From contig CBFFRP010000209.1 of assembly GCA_965644295.1 (NCBI GenBank), positions 1 to 64,000 of the forward strand: a DNA stretch of 64,000 nt. The letters are read 5' to 3'. This DNA comes from Paraphysomonas bandaiensis. Taxonomy: Eukaryota; Protista; Chrysophyceae. Made by a program: the position numbers and the translations under genes. The notes under the pieces are model-generated. The model was given only the letters and a program-made list of their open reading frames with translations, made no database searches and was not told the DNA's origin. Shown here in pieces: positions 38,965 through 51,097 of the stretch. Position 1 is the first letter of the stretch. Each line of letters opens with the position of its first letter.

Positions 38965-40581
38965 CTACACAGTGCTCACACTTTCACTACTCTTACTCTG
39001 TGAGGCCTGTGTGTGACTGACAGTAACACGTGGGTTGTTAACCCCTTCAGCACCAACAGGAGTAGACGCTGCTGCAAACACATTTTTGGGTTTACCATAT
39101 TTCCCTTGCGGTTTCAATTCCCGAGGAGGTACATTTTGTCTTCTCCCTGATCGGTCCATATCAGAGGTGAACCCAACATCACTTCGGGTAGACACATCTA
39201 GTTCGGCCCTGATCTTCCCTTCACCCTCAGATAGGGGATGGAATATTTCCCTAGCACGATTTACCATTGTCTTGCCGATTCTTGATATCTCCGCTAGGAA
39301 CGTATCTACGGGAGGTGTCTCTCGGAAAACATATAACACTATTACCACCGCAAGACATAGTCCAGGAACTAGCACAGCCGCGGCAATGGCTCCGCCACCA
39401 CCACTGCTGGAACTGCGTCGACTGGATCTGAAGTGTGTCGAGCCTGACGAAATAGACGCTCTGTACTCCGCTGTATGAGGATTATTCATAACACCAGTAT
39501 ATCTAACATTCCCACTGGTATCTACAAATGTCACATTGAAAGTCTCGCCGTTTACCTCAGCATATGCAAAGCCACTGGACGAAGAGTAGGTTTTTACGAA
39601 AGGGGTGCTCGCAGAAATGCCCATGTTCTTCACACCCTCCGAACCAAAGGGTCCTCGTCCTGCTCCCTGTCCGCACACAACATAAGTTATACCGTCATCC
39701 ATAGTTATGTACTGATTGCTATGGTCGTGTCCCGCAATGTACATGTGCACGTTGTGCCGTCGCAGTATCGGTGCCAGCATATTCAGTAGCACATCATTAT
39801 CACCATTTAATCCAACTGAGTAAATAGGATAGTGACCAGTAACTACTACCCAGGTTGCAACTTTGGATTGTTCAGCAAGGGTGCTGTCGATCCAGTCCAG
39901 CTGCGTCTTTCGCACAGTACGCCATTTAGGATTTTCATAAACGAAACCCGTATCATCGTGATCAGTATCCAATAGTTGGGTATCAATGTTAACCACACTG
40001 AGAATGTCACCGCTAGGTAGAGTATAATTGAAGACAAAATAGCGAGATGGCATTGTCCATAAACTCTCATCCTCTTCGAAGCTACGGTCTATTTGAGCCT
40101 GGGGATCAACATGATAGTCGTGGTTACCAAGAATGGCATACCTAGAAGCACATATTAAGTAAGCAACATATATTACCTATACAACGTACCATGGAATTTG
40201 TAGAGATGACGCACTATACACATCATGATAAGCTTTATTCCACAGAGGATCCGTCACATTATCAATACCATCTTCATAAAAGTTATCTAGAATATTCTTA
40301 GTTAGACGAATATTCTATGGCCGACAATGTAATTCATACCTCCAAGTGACAATACAAACTGTGCATCTATCTAATCAAAAATAAATAAATAAATAAAACA
40401 ACAAGAATAAAAAAATACTCACTCGCCAACCATACACACCCATTTGATATGCAACAGCGCTTTGATTCTCTGAATTCCATCCCCAATCGCCTACCATTAG
40501 AAAATTGAGACTCTTTCTTGCGGCATGAATTGGTTCAATTGCCACTATAAGACTGATAAATAAAATATCAATAAACTTCAT
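38965..40581 (-). CDS. Purple (tartrate-resistant) acid phosphatase / metallophosphoesterase with signal peptide and C-terminal TM anchor
   Basis: GDWG, LGDNFY, LGNHDY, VTGHYPIYS, AGHDH; TM helix AIAAAVLVPGLCLAVVIVLYVF. Confidence 0.92.
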
Positions 40582-41171
40582 GTTGCTATTAGATTAACTA
40601 TGAATCATACAGTAGTTATTAATAAGATAATGTATGTGTGTATTGTATGGCTACAGGCTGCTAACTGACACCTGTCAACACGGAGTGATAACGACAATAT
40701 AAGGAAGTAACAAGATGAGAAATTAAATGAATGTTTGATGAGATAATGATTGTTGTGAATAGATCTGTGAGGTTGAGAGGAACTGCTGGAATATTTCGAT
40801 AGAAGCATATGACTATGCATGAAATTTTAACTATAGCTACTATATGTAAACTGCTGTAGAAAATAGAAGATTTTTTGGAAGATCTTGTGGTTGGGAAATC
40901 TAAAAAAGTTAGATTTTATTCTTATTTCATAAAATACAAGGAAAAAGTTACCCTTTCTTGCATGAAAATATAAGAAATTATAGCAAAGTGCTCTACTATT
41001 ACTCTATTTAGTGCTATATATAAGGATTTTTAGAAAATATCCGGTTATTTATCTGTTGCAGTACGCATACAACAGTGTACATATATGTGTACATAGCAGC
41101 AGTACATACATATCATGGACTTTACATGAAGACATCCACAGTTTAATGAGGGTTAAACACACTACCTCACA

Positions 41172-42293
41172 ATGTTCCCATCATTATATACATTCATTTT
41201 TACTATCTTTCTTGTAGGATTTGTGAACTGTCATCCACCTGCTGATTCAGTGCTTGTATTCAATAAAGGAGAGGGCGGTTATTACTGTCATAAGATCCCT
41301 TATCTCTACCGTACATATCATGGTACACTAATCGCTCTAGCAGAAGGAAGGGGTAAATATGGACGTGATGCATGTGATGATTTTGCTGGAACTGATTTAG
41401 TATATAAACGGAGTGTTGATAATGGAGCGACGTGGAGCCCTATTAATGTATTATGGACCAATAGCTCTACTACTGAGTTTAATGTATTGGGAAATGCTGC
41501 ACCTGTACAAGATATTTCTACAGGGCGTATATGGATTCCTTTTTGTCGCAATAATGAAGAAGTTTTCATCACTTATTCTGATGACGATGGTGAGAGCTGG
41601 TCTCCTCCAGTTCACCATCCTGAGCTTGTGCTTGGTGACTGGAAGTGGGTCGGTCTTGGCCCTCCAGCTGGAATCCAGTTATCGTCTGGACGTCTACTTA
41701 TTCCATCTTACCATACTACACTTTGGAAAGGTGATGGATGTGCCTCCCGTGGTCATACTCTCTACAGCGATGACCATGGCGTAACCTGGGCCATTGGGAA
41801 TGCGGAGTTCGGTGCCCCCTTCCTATCTAATGAATGTCAGGCGGTGGAATTACGAAACGGGTCAGTTCTTATAAATGCTCGAGTGGTATCTACGCATCGT
41901 ATTCAGGTCGTTAGTGATGACGGTGGGCTCTCATTTGGGCCACCTAGTGTTGTGAATGGTCTATCAGAGCCAATAGAGGGATGTGAAGGGTCGACAATTG
42001 GTTACAATGGGGGATCTGGACCGGCGGCTCTATTCTACTCTGGGCCATATACAGATGGCCTCTTTCGACGTAACATGAGTATTTTGACCTCGCGGGACGA
42101 AGGTCTGAACTGGTATCCCGTTACAACAGTGGACAGGGGTGCAGTGAGCTATTCTGCTCTCCAAGTCATACCCGCTAACGAAATCAGTGACAGTGACATC
42201 ATTGGCCTTTTATATGAGAGATCAGATTCTCTGGAGATCGTGTTTGAGCCTGACGAGATTCGCTTCTGGAAATATCCTGTCCCTGCAGTCTAG
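41172..42293 (+). CDS. Secreted GH33 sialidase-like protein (intronless)
   Basis: Signal peptide; five Asp boxes (SVDNGATW, SDDDGESW, SDDHGVTW, SDDGGLSF, SRDEGLNW); NECQ, INAR, YSAL, LLYER; RIP motif reads KIP. Confidence 0.92.
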   Translation: MFPSLYTFIFTIFLVGFVNCHPPADSVLVFNKGEGGYYCHKIPYLYRTYHGTLIALAEGRGKYGRDACDDFAGTDLVYKRSVDNGATWSPINVLWTNSSTTEFNVLGNAAPVQDISTGRIWIPFCRNNEEVFITYSDDDGESWSPPVHHPELVLGDWKWVGLGPPAGIQLSSGRLLIPSYHTTLWKGDGCASRGHTLYSDDHGVTWAIGNAEFGAPFLSNECQAVELRNGSVLINARVVSTHRIQVVSDDGGLSFGPPSVVNGLSEPIEGCEGSTIGYNGGSGPAALFYSGPYTDGLFRRNMSILTSRDEGLNWYPVTTVDRGAVSYSALQVIPANEISDSDIIGLLYERSDSLEIVFEPDEIRFWKYPVPAV

Positions 42294-42995
42294 ATTCATC
42301 CTGCATCCCAGTCACCGGTGTTCATGTTTGTGATTTTGCATGTATTCAATATAATTCTTCTATTTTTCTCTCTGGTGTATTAGCATGAACTATGAAGTAC
42401 TTACTATCATTTTATTTCAAGCGCAGTGAGTTTAATAATTTAAGTGAAATCTGATTGTGTTGTGAAAAATATTTATGGTTCGTTACCTGCTCCTTTTACA
42501 TTTACATATGTACATGAATCTCGAAAAACTGTAGCATGATTGGGAGTTTTCATATCGCAAAGTTGCGGAAACTCTATATAGTTCCTTGTGTAAACTATTC
42601 AGAAAAATGATAAAGGCGACTGTACTACTCTACAAAAATACTAGGAACATCATGTTTTATTTCATTGTACTGCTAAAATATAAAATATTGATTGGTCGAC
42701 TGGCAAGGACAGATTACATTATGATGTTGTCTTTCTTACGTTGTTAAGCCAGCTTACATTATATATTTCAATGCAATATATCGATGTATTTAGTTGTATA
42801 TTATATACTTTGTTATACAACTATATCCTATGTCTCATTGTTTTTGAGATTGGACTTGATCAGGTAGTAAAGACTGAAATAGCAGAATGTTAAGAACAAC
42901 GGCTTGAATTATAAATTATAAAAAATCTCACTTATCATTTATTGTCATTTACTAAATTCTGGTTATCTCGACTACCAATTATTTTCTTACGGCCT

Positions 42996-43026
<31 letters not shown>

Positions 43027-43055
43027 GATACAGTCAATATATATTTCAGTTCACT

Positions 43056-44174
43056 CCCTCAACAAAGTCGGACTCGCGCCTTTTCGTGGTGTTCAAAGGG
43101 ATAAGTACCGACAACTAATATATAGCTGCAGTACAATGACGATTACTTGTTTCTACATTGAGGAGGAGTGTTGGAATACCTATGGTTCTCTAAGATAGTA
43201 CTGTAGAATACGTTAAATACAATGTGAAAAACAGTAATACGTAGTCAATAGTCAAAGATGCTATATAGCTATAACTGTGAAACTGAAGTATTATACCATG
43301 ACGATTCAAGATACGGAAGTTGAGCAGTGGTTGACATGAACGAAATAATTTATCATGTTGTTGACATGTGTTACATGACAACACACACAATTGTGTATAC
43401 GTAAATCTATCTAGTTTGACTAACTTAAAATTCTCTTAAAACGATCTTAATCATCTGAAAATGGTCAATATATAGTGTTGAGCTTTGAAGTTTTTGAGCA
43501 ATTAAAAGCAGCATTTCTAAGGGGGTTACCTGAAGAATACAGCAGTAATATAGACACAGTGTTTAGACACAACAAAAAACTCAATCATACTAACTGTATT
43601 AGGATTCAGCTCAGTGCGAGATTGTATCTGGGAGTTATAATGTTCAATAAAATATATCATCCCTCAACAAAGTCGGACTCGCACCTTTTCGTGGTGTTCT
43701 AGAGGGGATAAGTACCGGAGAGTCTCTCTGGGAAACTATCGTGAGCCGTAAACATAGTCAGCAGATATTCTTCTGCCCACTCATAGCCGAATGCTTGTGT
43801 GGTACAAGGGACACCAATAAGTAGTGTCACTTGTGTAGACGTCTTTGGGCCCTGACAAATAAACAGGCATCCGGGAATGGGCCCACCACAAGGGCATCCG
43901 GGACAGGGCCCACCTGAAGAGTAACCGGGGTATTGGGCTGCCTGCTGAAGTCAAGCATCCGGGATGTTCACCTTAAGAACTCAGAGCGGAAGTGGTCGTA
44001 CCTTGGTGTTTGCGGCGACGCACAATCAAGCAGCTTCCGTAGAGTTTAATAGTAGGATAAAAGAAGTGTGTACTGATTAGTTACAGGTAGAGGTCTAACT
44101 AGTTTGTCTAGCATTCATCTAGTTACTAAGTTGGTGCAGGTTTTTAACGCCTATTGCTAATAATAAGACTTTCA
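43056..44174 (+). mobile_element. Unclassified repeat element flanked by a 17-bp direct repeat, with its first ~55 bp duplicated internally
   Basis: ATATATTTCAGTTCACT at 43039-43055 and 44175-44191; CCCTCAACAAAGTCGGACTCGC..GATAAGTACCG at 43056 and again at 43660; 3' part also at 26258-26579. Confidence 0.55.
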
Positions 44175-44573
44175 ATATATTTCAGTTCACTACTATGATG
44201 ACCATCATCTCAATTGTTCATATAATACTGTTCATTACTGCTGTATACTTCAAATAATGGCCATAATTTAAATATCTTAGATCTACAGCTTTTATTCGTT
44301 GCTCTCAAACAGCAAAACTTGCCACGCCCTCTCAATTCAAAGTAGTGAATGTCTGATTATTAGCAATATAAGTGTGTAAGAGTCAAAACTGATGTAGCAA
44401 AACAATTTAACTAACTATATTGCTTAGCTCTGATATCTTACTATTTGGCGCTACGAAGCAACGAAAGCTTCTTGTTCGTCACCGCATGAACCACGGTGCA
44501 TCATATTTGTTGTATATACATTGTACATGATGTATAAAACCTGATTAAATAAAAATTAAATATAATGATGGTC

Positions 44574-45919
44574 GATAAGGTTTTTTTGCGGCCCGCCAGG
44601 GCCCTCGGCCCTCGCGGGCCCGCGGCCCCCCGCGGGCCCTCTAAAATTAATTTTTTTCAGTTTTTGCCTCCTGAAGATTTTGATTTGTTATATTATTTCA
44701 GTTATTGTCTTTTAAAGATTTCGAGTTTTGAAAAAACTAATGTGATTAGTTTTTAATTTCGACTTTTTGAAAACTTAATACAAATTCATTAATAATTTTG
44801 TCATCAAGCAGGCGATTCTATTAACAATTCCTATTGAAGATATTGAGCCTAAAGGGATACCATATGTGCGCCAACATTTTGACGAAGGTGTTCACCGAGC
44901 CAAGTTTGACATATTCTGGAAATACTTCGTGAAGACCTGGATGCTCTCGTACGATCCTAATGATTGGAATGTGCATGGCATTGTAACAGACGAGTCATCA
45001 ACATCCCGCTTGATTAATAGAACCAACAATCCACTGGAAAGGTTTAACAGAAAGCTGAACGAGGCTTTTCCCACTGCGCATCCTTCCGTGGTGTTATATG
45101 TGAGTACTATTCGGAAGCTAAGTCAAGAATACGTCGAACTTCGAAACAAAATTCTCAGGGGTCATGCATCCCGGCCGAAACATCTGCCATTCCAGCAATT
45201 CACATTGCCAGAGGACTACGCTGCATTTGAAATGGACAGGTCAGTCCAAAGGACTAAGTTTGCGCAGCTCAACCAATACAAGTTTTTGATTGGGAAGAGC
45301 CACTATGATCCTGAGGATGGGTGCATGTACGAGGTGGTGAGAGTTGGATTTTACGAGGGGTCCATCGTTGGCTATCGCGAGCAGTGCCGACTGCAGAATG
45401 GATATGTTGTCGATGTACCCACTGATGATTGTATTTCAATTGAGGAGATAGTGAAATACACTGGATGTGGCAAGGAGTCTACAGTGACAGCCGAAGACTG
45501 TGCTTTCACCGAGGAGATTGAGACATGCTGTGTTGCCGCCGGCAGGGCTCAGACCGGCGCCAAACGCCGGAATAGGGCCGGTGGGGCCGGCCCCGGCGTT
45601 GTTTAGGGGCGGGGGCCTGGGGGCAGTGGACGCCGGCTCGTAGAGTCGAAGCGTGGGGAGCCCCCAGCTCCGAAAAATGTTTTGGTATAAAGTTGCTCTT
45701 GCTTAAGATATTAATAACTCTTGCTAAATTTGACCCTTTGCTTTGTGCGTAATACTGCCCTTTGCTTTGTGCGTTATTGTTGCTTGTGGTTGTAGTGTGT
45801 GTTGTGTGTGTTTTTAATTAAGAATTATTGTTATTATTGTTAGTTGTAGTAGAGGGCCAAATGCGGGCCGAGGGCCCTAGCGGGCCGAGGGCCAAAAAGG
45901 GCCAAAATTAAATTTTTCC
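44574..45919 (+). mobile_element. Non-autonomous Mutator-like (MULE) DNA transposon, copy 2 (1346 bp), TSD TGATGGTC
   Basis: 8-bp direct repeat at 44566-44573 and 45920-45927; same length and same ORF translations as copy 1. Confidence 0.9.
44866..45606 (+). pseudogene. C-terminal part of a MULE-type transposase (copy 2)
   Basis: 246-aa translation identical to 21660-22400. Confidence 0.8.
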
Positions 45920-46565
45920 TGATGGTCACACAACCACCAATAACCTGGCGGACGTATGCCTCCGACATTTCAGTTAGCTTTTCATAGTCAACACTCTTCT
46001 TATATGGTCTTCTATCTCGTTTATTCGTTATCTCTCTGATCTTCCTCTAGACATCTCTTCCTGTACTTGGCACAAGTCACATATCACCAGGATTTCGTAA
46101 ATATATCTGCAGTGTGGTGTGTGGTCATCAGTTCCTATGACCTACGTGTTCACAATCCCAATAATGGTATTTGATCTCTCTGTGTCTTTCGAACGATTAT
46201 GGAACACAGGATTCAATGAAGAGTCGAAACACTCTCTGGCAAGATTATTCTAGTTGTGCTAAAAAAGCTTAAATTATATTGCAACACAATAGATAATAGA
46301 TAATATGAATGTATTTAATATTTAACTACACCTACACTTACTTCATTATAATATATATACTACTCTACTCTATAATTGCATCAGTAAAAAATGTATCACA
46401 ATATTATTGATAGGACGCTACCTTACAATACTAGAGTGCTATATACTATATATTGGATAATATACAACTCTCTACTTAATGAAAAGTACTGCCGAATTAA
46501 GATGATACATGAAATGTATCTTTAAATAATAATTTATTAACGGTACTAAACTATTACGGAGATCA

Positions 46566-49539
46566 CACACAAAATACCACTACTAGAAGTACATGTAACA
46601 GTAACTTCCAGCTATATCAGGTGTATTTCGTATAATTATCGAATGACGGCAAAGAGTAACGCTATTCACGTCTCTAACTAACCCATTCGACAAGAAAAGC
46701 ACTCCCTGTAATAGTTTAACCTAATCTATCTTTCGTTACACTGAGCACCATCAACCACACTCTCTAGCTGTCCAGAAAAAGTATTGGCATCATGCATACT
46801 CTCATGACATTCATCCTCTACTCGATTCCTCTTTCTCCCCGTCATATTATCAGCAATTGTCGAATCCAAACCAGAAAAAGAGTGACAATTTAAAAATTCT
46901 AATACACACGCATACTCAGGTTGTCGTAATATCCCACAATCCTTGAATACCAAAGCATATGACCTCAACTTCGCAGAAAAATCTGAAAGCGAATCTACCA
47001 TTTTTCTTTGCAAAAAACATTCATAATTTCCTTTTGTTATGAGATCTTGTAGAGAAGATATGCTACAACTCATCATAAGGGCATATTCGCATAACCACAT
47101 CGCATCCTCCATGCTACTCACATTCCGACTGAATTTCTTATTCTTAAGCGATTTATTTCTGATGTTGACTTGCACCCGGAAAGAATTCGAGGATTCAGAT
47201 TTTGTGATGTATTTCGGATTAGTAAGCTTCGGTGGAAGACGAACAGAAGCGAGTGGGGTAGGCAAAATTGGAACAATGTACGAATCCCCTGAACTCTGTA
47301 TCATGGAAGACATGTCGCGTATTTGATCTGCAGGACGAATATTTAGCCACACAGACTTCTTTGGTGTAGAATGCATGGACAGGGGACCCTCAGATAACTC
47401 CTGATCCCTAATTATCTGCAGCAGAGAATCATTTATATTTTCATTCTCGGGAACCAGTACAATCTTATTGCTGGGGAGTAATATCATGGGTTGAACACAG
47501 AGGGGATGATCGCGTTCTCCTGCTGCTACATCTAAGACAACGTCAACTATAACACTACTAACGAGAAATAAGAATACCGCGATGAGTATACCCGACCGCG
47601 TCCGTACGGAACACAGGAGTGCTACTCTGGCCTTGAGAGTAAGGCAGAAGACTCCATCCTGTGCTTCTTTGTGGGTTTATTGTCTGCCAGCTACTATCAT
47701 CTGAATCATTAGCTTGTGTGGGTTGTCTGTTACGGTGGGACATGCAATGAGAGTATCCGTCACTGGCATATACACTATCCATTACTATGTATATGTATAT
47801 ACCGGAAGGATATTACGGTACAGTTAGGCGACAGTTGCTTCTGGAGGGTCTATCAATGCGTAGCTTCTATACGTCCCTCCACTGAACTTATCAGCAAGAA
47901 CACACGCACGACGTCACACAAGTGGTTTGACTATATACTGGTACTGTAGACCCGTGTATACTGCAGGTAGAACAGAACCATATGATGTCGTACAGTGGTA
48001 TGGTATAGTGTACAGTGGTGTATACTCGTCACTGTTATTAAGAATAGAAGTGATGCCCACCTCTCTATATGCTATATGCGTATAGTTCTATAGTTACAGT
48101 ACCATACACGATGACTTCACTTCCTTCCAACTGAATATTTTACAGCATCATAAATATGTACGTCTGTACTTTTATACGAATGCTGTAGTCACTTCATAGC
48201 AATTCACCGTATATGAAAATCCCTTCAGCCCCGCGAAGTACACTTCGACTGACTTCTAACATATGAGCGCATACATACATACATACACCCCTCACATCTC
48301 CCCATACATTAAACCCCTCAGATACAGTAACAGACGAGACAGCAGGGAAGAGTGTCATTGCAATATATGCATAACATCACCACCCCTCGTGACCTGATTT
48401 TAATAGAACAATAATCATATTTTCAGTTGAAGAGTCCACAGCTGGTCGTCAGTATGGGAATAATTCTGCCCCTAAGACCCCCACTTCAACTCTTCTCAAA
48501 CCCCTTGTATATCCTACTGCTGTATCGTGCATGTCATTTAGCTGCTGTGTCTGCATTATTCCGAACAGTAGAGCCGAAGTGCACTGTACGTACATACCTG
48601 AATATCATTGTATAGTATGGTTACTGTCTCATATATATATATATGCAGAAGACGAAGTGAGAAGTGAGTGTTTCGATGGATATAAATCTACTTCTATTAT
48701 GTGAGGTGCATGATATGAAGGTATCCATATGAGGTGTGAGAAGGAGGGATTGGGGAACAGCAGCCCCGCCGTATGTGTATAGCTTGTATATAGATGTACC
48801 ACAGCATACAGAGGTACTGTATGGTATTATGTGGCTGTACGATCGTAGTACAATTCGTCTGTCAGTATTTTCACATACACAACTCAAGTGCATGAAGTTT
48901 CCAACGACTATGAAGAAGTGAACAGCACAGTTCACATGCAGCAGAAGTACTCATAAAGAAACTTCAGATACTTTTCACGGAAGTTTCTTAACAATAAATT
49001 CTTTGATACTTTGATGATAGAGCTGGACATGTGTTTCTGTTGGATATCTTGTCATACACAGCATTAATATCATGTCAGCTATCATCAAAGTTTCATCATC
49101 ACACTATTCAGACATCGAGTTGTGTTGGATATGATGCAGCTTTATATACCCCGATTGTGTGTGCATTGACAGGTTGGTGTATTGACTCGAATAGTTAGAC
49201 TAAGATGTGTATTACGAATGTTTACGGTGATTCTTGTGGACATACAGGCATATTATGGAAATCAAATGAATTGGTTAGTTGTGCTGGGTATGGGGTTATA
49301 TATCCCGACTAATGCAGTACACATATGACACTTGTGACAATCAATCTGTCCATCGATGTAACCTGATTGTGTGTGCATGTGTTGGTAGAAGTATTGGCTC
49401 GAATAGTCCTCTATAGTACAGTGCATGTGTACATTGTTGTAATTATGATCATTATATTTTGGTTTCAAAGAGTAATTCTTTCAATTAAGTGTTGGGTCGA
49501 TGATATCTTTTTGGCCGAAAAATACTGAATATATCCTTA
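46566..49539. repeat. Left arm of a large inverted repeat (near-identical core, 2974 bp; diverged homology extends out to ~46300)
   Basis: Mirror ORF sets; paired coordinates sum to 100637 throughout. Confidence 0.97.
46726..47782 (-). CDS. Hypothetical protein with a possible AP2-like DNA-binding domain, copy A (2 exons)
   Basis: ORFs 47558-47782 and 46726-47487 are joinable by a short intron; YITK..SNSFRVQVNI..KKFSRNV..MEDAMWLCEYAL strand-strand-strand-helix pattern; GRKRNR NLS-like motif. Confidence 0.65.
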
Positions 49540-49611
49540 GGATTGAGCTTTCGAGTGAGATATTGAAAACACTCCTTGTATCGTGTTCTATGTAAGCCGT
49601 ATTTTCTTTGA

Positions 49612-50113
49612 AGAGGTGATGTATGTGCCCCTATGTTCATACTCTCTACAGCGATGACTATGGAAAAACCTGGGCCATCTGGAGTGCGGTCTTCAGTGCC
49701 CAGCATGTCAGTTCTTATAAATGTTCGAGTGGTATCTACACATCGTATTCAGGTCGTTAGTGATGACGGTGGGCTCTCGTTTGATACGCCTAGTGTTGTG
49801 AAATGACTCTCAGAGCCATTAGAGGGATGTGAAGGGTCGACAATTAGTTACAATAGGGGATCTGGACCGGCGGCTATCTTCTACTCTGGGCCATATACAG
49901 ATGGTCTCTTTCAACGTAACATGAGTATTTTGACCTCGTGGGACGAAGGTCTGAACTGGTATCCCGTTGCAACAGTGGACAGGGGTGCAGTGAGCTATTC
50001 TGCTCTCCAAGTCATACCCGCTAACGAAATCAGTGACAGTGACATCATTGGCCTTTTATATGAGAGGTCAGATTCTCTGGAGATCGTGTTTGAGCATCTG
50101 ACGAGATTTGCTT
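49612..50113 (+). pseudogene. Sialidase pseudogene fragment (3' half of 41172-42293)
   Basis: High similarity to ~41727-42265; internal deletion removes the NECQ region; contains stops and frameshifts. Confidence 0.92.
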
Positions 50114-50479
50114 CAATCGTAGTAAGTATACCTTATGTTATGTGTCGTAATATAAATGTTACTTGAATATCGAATAACCAAAACACGCCTGGGAGTTTTA
50201 TACGGCAAGTAGCGGAAATGATATATATTCTAATGAATGAGTTACTTAAATTTATATATATATAGTTACAGTTACGTCTATTCTTTGTTATACTAGTAGT
50301 ATATACTTATATGCCTATCATAATATTGCTTGCCATATATATATTGCTATATATTGTGAGCTACTTTAACAGAAACAATATTGATAAGATTTTTGGCCAA
50401 TCGACCAATCAATATATTTTACAATGTATTGCAATTCAATATATTGTTTCCTAGTCCTGTATACTACGATATTGTACCG

Positions 50480-50803
50480 GTTAGTAATAATATTGGGGCA
50501 CCACCATTTACAATACTAGAGTGCTATGTGCTATTCCCTAGCCCTGGATAATATTCTACTTTCTACTGACTGAAAAGTACTACTGAATTAAGATGACAAA
50601 GAAAAGAAATAATCACATTATATATTGACGAGTAATCAAAATAACAAGAAAAACATATTATCACAACTAGAAGTAGACACATACAAGTAACTTCTATTTC
50701 AGGTCTATTCCTTATTGAATGACGTGATTGAGACTTCTAATATACCCTCTACCTGAAAAAAGGATTCCCTATTCTATCTTTCGATAGACAGAGCACCACC
50801 AAT
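50480..50803 (-). repeat. Third, degenerate copy of the 3' end and downstream flank of the palindrome gene
   Basis: TTACAATACTAGAGTGCTAT, GAAAAGTACT, CTAGAAGTA and CTATCTTTCG..GAGCACCA are shared with 46400-46755. Confidence 0.8.
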
Positions 50804-50804
50804 C

Positions 50805-51086
50805 GCCCATTGCATCCAATTTTCGACCCCTCACATACCTCTATAGACTGTGAGAGACTATTCACCGCACTAGGTGGACCAAATGAGAGGGCGCCGTCAT
50901 CACTAATGACCTGAATACGGTCCCAGAGAATCTGATCTCTCATACGAAAGGCCAACGTAGTAAACGTTGCTGAATTTCTTCGCGTAAATGACATGTAGAG
51001 CAGAATAGCTCACTGCACCACTGTCCATTGTTGCAACAGGATACAGTTCAAACCCTAGTCGCGGCGGGATCAAAATACTCATGTTA
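50805..51086 (-). pseudogene. Inverted, order-permuted sialidase fragments
   Basis: 51086->50923 resembles 42071-42236, followed by 50920->50805, which resembles 41897-42012 (RIQVISDDGALSFGPP). Confidence 0.85.
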
Positions 51087-51097
51087 TCCTGTCCTCA

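Noticed and set aside
43905-43940. CTGAAGAG as a hammerhead ribozyme core
   Set aside because: No stem II followed by GAAA, and no GUH cleavage junction could be built
44098-44115. AGTTTGTCTAG resembling the U7 snRNA Sm site
   Set aside because: Imperfect match, no convincing 3' hairpin, inside a dispersed repeat and not conserved in its second copy
45920-46130. Imperfect ~19-bp inverted repeat (TGATGGTCACACAACCAC / GTGTGGTGTGTGGTCATCA) suggesting a MITE
   Set aside because: Several mismatches, no TSD and no second copy in the window
47716-49468. Small ORFs conserved between the palindrome arms (60-104 aa)
   Set aside because: Identity reflects the DNA duplication only; composition is that of non-coding AT/TACA-rich upstream DNA
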